Notes under the pieces: generated by a model
What the model was told of the DNA's origin: nothing
The model's input: the letters and a program-made list of their open reading frames with translations, nothing else
Database searches by the model: none
In this document: one piece after another, positions 7,119-11,480 of the stretch
How positions within the stretch are numbered: position 1 is the first letter of the stretch
How the letters are laid out: each line of letters begins with the position of its first letter
Made by a program: the position numbers and the translations under genes
Assembly (NCBI GenBank): GCA_964014485.1
Contig: CAXHAT010000227.1
Span: 1 to 11,480, forward strand
Length of the DNA: 11,480 nucleotides
From: an uncultured Deferribacteres bacterium
GTDB taxonomy: Bacteria; Zhuqueibacterota; Zhuqueibacteria; Zhuqueibacterales; Geothermadaptataceae
Direction: 5' to 3'

Positions 7119-9680
7119 ATGCACGCATTGATTCGAGCTTTATTTATGTTGAAAGTCTTAAGCGTCTTGGGCTGCCTCCTTCTCATCAACTTACCGCCTG
7201 CTTTTGCACGCCAAAACGATTCCGCTTCATGGCAGCCAGCCTCGCTTTTTACAAAAAAATTAAATTTGAATGGAAAATGGCGCATCGCTGACGAAAACGG
7301 CGATTTGGGCGAAACCAATGTTCCCGGCGCTCTTTCCAACGACGGCAGAGTCTCGCTCAGCAAGAAATTTTTTCTACCCGATTCTTTAAAGGGCGCCGGC
7401 GTCCGCTTGCACGCTTTGGGCATCAACTACAATTGCTTGATCGAAGTGAACGGTTCGTTCGTGGCCGGGCATTCAGGAGGACACACGTCCTTCAGCGTCG
7501 ATTTAGACCCGGACATTCTCGTCTATAACGCACAGAATACAATTACAATTCAGGTTGACAATGAATTGTCTCCAACCTCCACTTTGCCGCTGAAACACCG
7601 ACCGATGGGCTGGCCTGACCGCTTTGGCGTTTTGTGGGATATTTACCTCGAAGCCATCCCGGTCGTCCTTGTTGATGATTTTACGCTTAGGGCAGACGGT
7701 GCATCCGGCGATTTTCTCATCGACGTCCAAATACGCGTGCTGCACGAAAGCGCAGGCTCTACGCTGCAAGATCGCTCTCTGACATTGCAAGCCGAACTCC
7801 GGGACGAAAGCCAGGGGAAGACGCTTGTCAGAAGTCAGCCTGCGGACGTTACAGTGAAATGGACCTCGAAAAATAGAGTAACGCTGCCGCCAATGAATCT
7901 GGACCCAAAAATTCAATGGAGTCCTGACGATCCCCGACTTTTAACCCTCAATTTGTTCTTGAGAGACGGCGAATCGGTTCTATATCAAAAGTCTGCTGAA
8001 GTTGGCTTGCGCGACGTCGCGGTATCCGGCAAACAATTCAAGCTAAACGGCCAGCCGTTTACGGTCAGGGGCGTTGATTTGATGGAGAGCTTTGACGGCC
8101 TCAGCGGAGCGGAATTAGACAGTTCCATCGCGAATACGGTCAAGCTCATCGTCGGGCTTGGCGTCAATGCGGTTCGCATTGTCGGACATGCCGCACATCC
8201 AAAATTTCTGCAAGCGTGCGCCCGCAGCGGTTTGTTTGTTCTCGAAGAAACGCCGGTTTATTTCGCTCCGGCCGGACAACTGGCCGCGCCTGATTTCAAA
8301 CAAAAAGTGATCAGAAGTCTCGAGGAAATGATCCAGCGAGACAAGAACAATCCGGCTGTGTTCGCCTGGGGCATAGGCACGAATTTGCAAAATGAAGCGA
8401 TTGAAACGATAGAATTTCTCAAAGAGCTAACGCTGCATGCAAAGAATCTGGACGACAGGCCCGTTTACGCTGTAACGCGCGACGCTTCAGGCTCGCTCAA
8501 CGATCTCAGCATTGGCGTTGATTTCTTCCTTTTTGATAACTTTGGTCAATCAGAGCTTTTGTATGATCCTACCGCTTTTAACAAACCCGTTCTGCCGGTG
8601 ACGGGTTTTTTTGCGGAATCCCCAGTGTTGAGAAAAAGCGTTAATGATCCGCTTCGAAGCAAAATAGAAGCGGAAGAATTGCAGGCCTCGCGGTTGGAGC
8701 GTTCACTAAAAACTTTTAGCGCCGACCGAGAAGCCTATGCAGGCAGTTTTATTCACACACTCAAGGATTGGCGACCGCCGTCCCCGATAGGAACGCTTGG
8801 CTCAGATCGGGATATGGGGCTTGCCCCTGCAGGATTGATTCGCGAAGACGGAAGTTTACGCATTGGTTATCGCATCGTCGCCGCTGAATATTTGGGAGAA
8901 CGAAAACCGCCGATTTCACCGGACGAGATTCCTGCAGCGCAAACCATGCTGTTTACGTTTTCCGGCGTCACCGTCATTCTCATTTTTCTTTTCTTCTTGA
9001 ACAGGGATAAAAAACTGCGCTCCCAGCTTCGACGCGCCTTTCTTCATTCGCACGGCTTCTACGCGGATATTTTTGAAAACAGAAAAGTCCCGGCTTTCGC
9101 AACGATCGTTCTCGGTTTGCTGCAAGGCGCTATTTGGGGGATTCTGATAAGCAGCGTGCTTTTTACATGGAAGGAATCGCTGTTATTCGATGAAATTACC
9201 TCCCTGATTTTGACCAATGCGCAGGTCAAATCCGGGCTTGTCTGGCTTGTTTGGCGGCCCGGTTGGCTGATTGCGAGCATAGCAACGGCCTATTTTCTGT
9301 TTCTTGCTTTCATGGCGCTGTTTTTTCGTATTTTAAGCATGTTTTTTAGAGGCGTGACAACGTTCAAACAACACTTTACGCTCGTGTTTTGGACGGCGAT
9401 TTGTTACTTGCCGCTCGCAATTGTAACGCCGGTTGCGTATCGGTTTTTAAACGACAATTCTTTTGTTTTCTTGCTTTCCGCTTTCGTCGCCGGGTTTGTT
9501 GTTTGGCATTATTTGCGGCAACAGCGCGGCGTTCGCGTTTTGTATATTCTAAGCCCAATCAAATCAGTGCTGTTATTTTTGAGCCTTGCCGCACTTGTTG
9601 TTGTCGGCGGACTCTACAGTCTTGATCGCAGCCACGCGATTTTTGACTATTTCAGCTATTATTGGGCGCTCGTTCGATAA
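7119..9680 (+). CDS. Glycoside hydrolase family 2-like exported protein (sugar-binding, Ig-like, TIM-barrel domains) with ~6-helix C-terminal membrane domain; catalytic residues appear degenerate
   Basis: GH2 landmarks LNLNGKW, VNGSFVAGHSGGHTSF, ITIQVDN, GVLWDIYL, WSPDDPRL, VGLRDV, FKLNGQPFTVRGV, RDKNNPAVFAW; signal peptide ending AFA; six hydrophobic segments after ~8945. Start ATG 7119 (AGGA upstream) preferred over TTG 7086. Confidence 0.85.
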   Translation: MHALIRALFMLKVLSVLGCLLLINLPPAFARQNDSASWQPASLFTKKLNLNGKWRIADENGDLGETNVPGALSNDGRVSLSKKFFLPDSLKGAGVRLHALGINYNCLIEVNGSFVAGHSGGHTSFSVDLDPDILVYNAQNTITIQVDNELSPTSTLPLKHRPMGWPDRFGVLWDIYLEAIPVVLVDDFTLRADGASGDFLIDVQIRVLHESAGSTLQDRSLTLQAELRDESQGKTLVRSQPADVTVKWTSKNRVTLPPMNLDPKIQWSPDDPRLLTLNLFLRDGESVLYQKSAEVGLRDVAVSGKQFKLNGQPFTVRGVDLMESFDGLSGAELDSSIANTVKLIVGLGVNAVRIVGHAAHPKFLQACARSGLFVLEETPVYFAPAGQLAAPDFKQKVIRSLEEMIQRDKNNPAVFAWGIGTNLQNEAIETIEFLKELTLHAKNLDDRPVYAVTRDASGSLNDLSIGVDFFLFDNFGQSELLYDPTAFNKPVLPVTGFFAESPVLRKSVNDPLRSKIEAEELQASRLERSLKTFSADREAYAGSFIHTLKDWRPPSPIGTLGSDRDMGLAPAGLIREDGSLRIGYRIVAAEYLGERKPPISPDEIPAAQTMLFTFSGVTVILIFLFFLNRDKKLRSQLRRAFLHSHGFYADIFENRKVPAFATIVLGLLQGAIWGILISSVLFTWKESLLFDEITSLILTNAQVKSGLVWLVWRPGWLIASIATAYFLFLAFMALFFRILSMFFRGVTTFKQHFTLVFWTAICYLPLAIVTPVAYRFLNDNSFVFLLSAFVAGFVVWHYLRQQRGVRVLYILSPIKSVLLFLSLAALVVVGGLYSLDRSHAIFDYFSYYWALVR

Positions 9681-9693
9681 ACGGAGTTTTGTT

Positions 9694-11480
9694 TTGTATC
9701 TGTCTCGATTACGATTGTTCGGCTTTAAATCGTTCGCCAACAAAACCAACATAGATTTTCATGATGGAATGACGGCGATTGTGGGGCCCAACGGCTGTGG
9801 AAAAAGCAACGTGGTCGACGGCATTCGTTGGGTGCTTGGGGAGCAAAAGGCCGGCGCTCTGCGCAGCGAAAACATGCAGAACGTCATTTTCAACGGCACG
9901 CGCAGCCAAAAGCCGCTGGGCATGGCGGAAGTTTCCCTCACTATTATCAACACTCGCCACGTTTTACCCATCGAATATTCCGAGGTAGTCTTGACCCGGA
10001 GGCTCTTCCGCAGCGGCGAGAGCCAGTACTTGATAAATAATGCCGTTTGCCGCTTAAAAGACATCGTCGATCTTTTCACGGATACGGGCATGGGCGCGAA
10101 CGCTTACTCTGTGATCGAGTTAAGCATGGTCGAGAGAATTTTGAACGGCAAGCCTGAAGAACGGCGGCAGATTTTTGAAGAAGCGGCTGGGGTGACAAAA
10201 TATAAGACGCGGCGTAAGGCGGCCTTTCGAAAATTAGAAGCGACAGAGCAAGATTTAATACGGCTGTCCGATATTATCAGCGAAGTTGAAAAAACCGTGA
10301 ATAGCCTCAAGCGCCAAGTGAACAAGGCGCGGCGCTATCGCGATTTAACCGACGGCTTGCGCACGTTGGAGTTGGATTATTCAGCTTTTCATCTGGCCAA
10401 AATCAAAAATGAACTTGAGCCGCTGCTGCTGCAATCGACGGCGTTGATCGATGAAAAAGAAGGGTTGAGCGCAAAGCTCGGTGAAGAAGAATCGAAGATC
10501 GAGCAAGAACATGTCGAGATTTTGAAAATTGAGCGAAATCTCAATGATTATCGCGGGAAGCTTTCGGCCAATCGACGGAAGATTCACGAAAAAGAAGAAG
10601 AAATACTCGTCAGTCAGGAGCGGACGAAATCCGCTGAAGCAGGTAAGGCGCGCGCGCAACGAGACATTCAGGAATTGACCGTTCGGCAAAAAGCGGTTTC
10701 TGAAGAACAAGAAACGCTGCAAGAAGACCAGGCCGAGCTGCAAATTAATATTCAGAAAAGAGATCAAGAGCTTCAGAAAGCGGAAAGTGATCTGAAAGGG
10801 GTGCGAGACAAGTTTTCTACGAAAAGGGCGGAGCGCCGAGAAGTCGAACAAAAAAGACTGCATCATTTAGAAGCGATTGCCGAAGGGCGGAAACGAGAAG
10901 AAACGCTGCGCACCCAGACGGAGCATCACAAAAATCGTTTGAACGCTATCGCAACCGAAGAGCGGCGGGCTTTGGAGCGGGAGCAAAGCGCCAAACAAAA
11001 GCGCTCTGAATTTGAACCCCAAAAAGAAAACTTGCTCGAAGAAATTGCTGATCTTGAAGAAAATCAGGCCATTGCGAAGCGTGATATTGAAATGTCGCGC
11101 AAATCCGTCGATGCTTGCAAGAACGCGTTGCTTGATTTACAAGGCAAAATCAACAGCCGCAAAGATCGAATTACGATTCTCAATAAATTCGCCGAGTCTT
11201 ACGAAGACTATCCTGACGGCGTTCGTTTTCTACTGCTGGAAAATGAAAAACGCACCGAAGCGTTCAGCACGGTCGGGGATGCGATTTCCGTCGAAGAGCG
11301 GTATCGTCAGGCCATTGAAACGGCGTTGGGCGAAACCGCCGTCGCCCTGATCATTGAAAACGACGCGCAAGCAAAACAAGCGATTGAAACGTTGCGCGAA
11401 AGCAAGAAAGGCGCAGTCACTTTTTTGAATTCGCTTGCTTTCAAAAAACAGCGTGATCCAGCCGTTCAAGATTCAAAAAT
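9694..11480 (+). CDS. smc: Chromosome segregation ATPase Smc, 5' part (runs off the window)
   Basis: TTG start after GGAG; translation MYLSRLRLFGFKSFA...IVGPNGCGKSNVVDGIRWVLGEQ (Walker A), RRLFRSGESQY, FEEAAGVTKYK, long coiled coil, and start of hinge (YRQAIETALGE, GAVTFL). Confidence 0.97.
   Translation, partial: MYLSRLRLFGFKSFANKTNIDFHDGMTAIVGPNGCGKSNVVDGIRWVLGEQKAGALRSENMQNVIFNGTRSQKPLGMAEVSLTIINTRHVLPIEYSEVVLTRRLFRSGESQYLINNAVCRLKDIVDLFTDTGMGANAYSVIELSMVERILNGKPEERRQIFEEAAGVTKYKTRRKAAFRKLEATEQDLIRLSDIISEVEKTVNSLKRQVNKARRYRDLTDGLRTLELDYSAFHLAKIKNELEPLLLQSTALIDEKEGLSAKLGEEESKIEQEHVEILKIERNLNDYRGKLSANRRKIHEKEEEILVSQERTKSAEAGKARAQRDIQELTVRQKAVSEEQETLQEDQAELQINIQKRDQELQKAESDLKGVRDKFSTKRAERREVEQKRLHHLEAIAEGRKREETLRTQTEHHKNRLNAIATEERRALEREQSAKQKRSEFEPQKENLLEEIADLEENQAIAKRDIEMSRKSVDACKNALLDLQGKINSRKDRITILNKFAESYEDYPDGVRFLLLENEKRTEAFSTVGDAISVEERYRQAIETALGETAVALIIENDAQAKQAIETLRESKKGAVTFLNSLAFKKQRDPAVQDSK

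Noticed and set aside
9709..11469. Multiple short ORFs in the track suggesting a fragmented region
   Set aside because: All are shadows or off-frame to a continuous smc frame from 9694 to the window end.
9681..11480. parS site near smc
   Set aside because: No match to TGTTNCACGTGAAACA noticed on reading; not computationally scanned.

Overview
Chromosomal window from a diderm bacterium; Shine-Dalgarno sites, sigma70-type promoters and the Smc sequence style suggest an FCB-related, non-Bacteroidia lineage (inference only). All real genes are on the + strand: a signal-peptide-bearing creatininase-family amidohydrolase, a DUF429-like protein, an SGNH-hydrolase lipoprotein, a TPP riboswitch with terminator/antiterminator controlling a TonB-dependent receptor (probable thiamine uptake), an M23 peptidase with terminator, a GH2-like protein with a multi-pass membrane C-terminus, and the 5' part of smc (missing from the ORF track because it runs off the window). 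Three different REP-like palindromes occupy the intergenic spaces of the first 3 kb, one nested inside a larger inverted-repeat-bounded element. The most notable item is the GH2-like membrane protein, which appears to lack both catalytic glutamates and sits 13 bp upstream of smc behind one near-consensus promoter.
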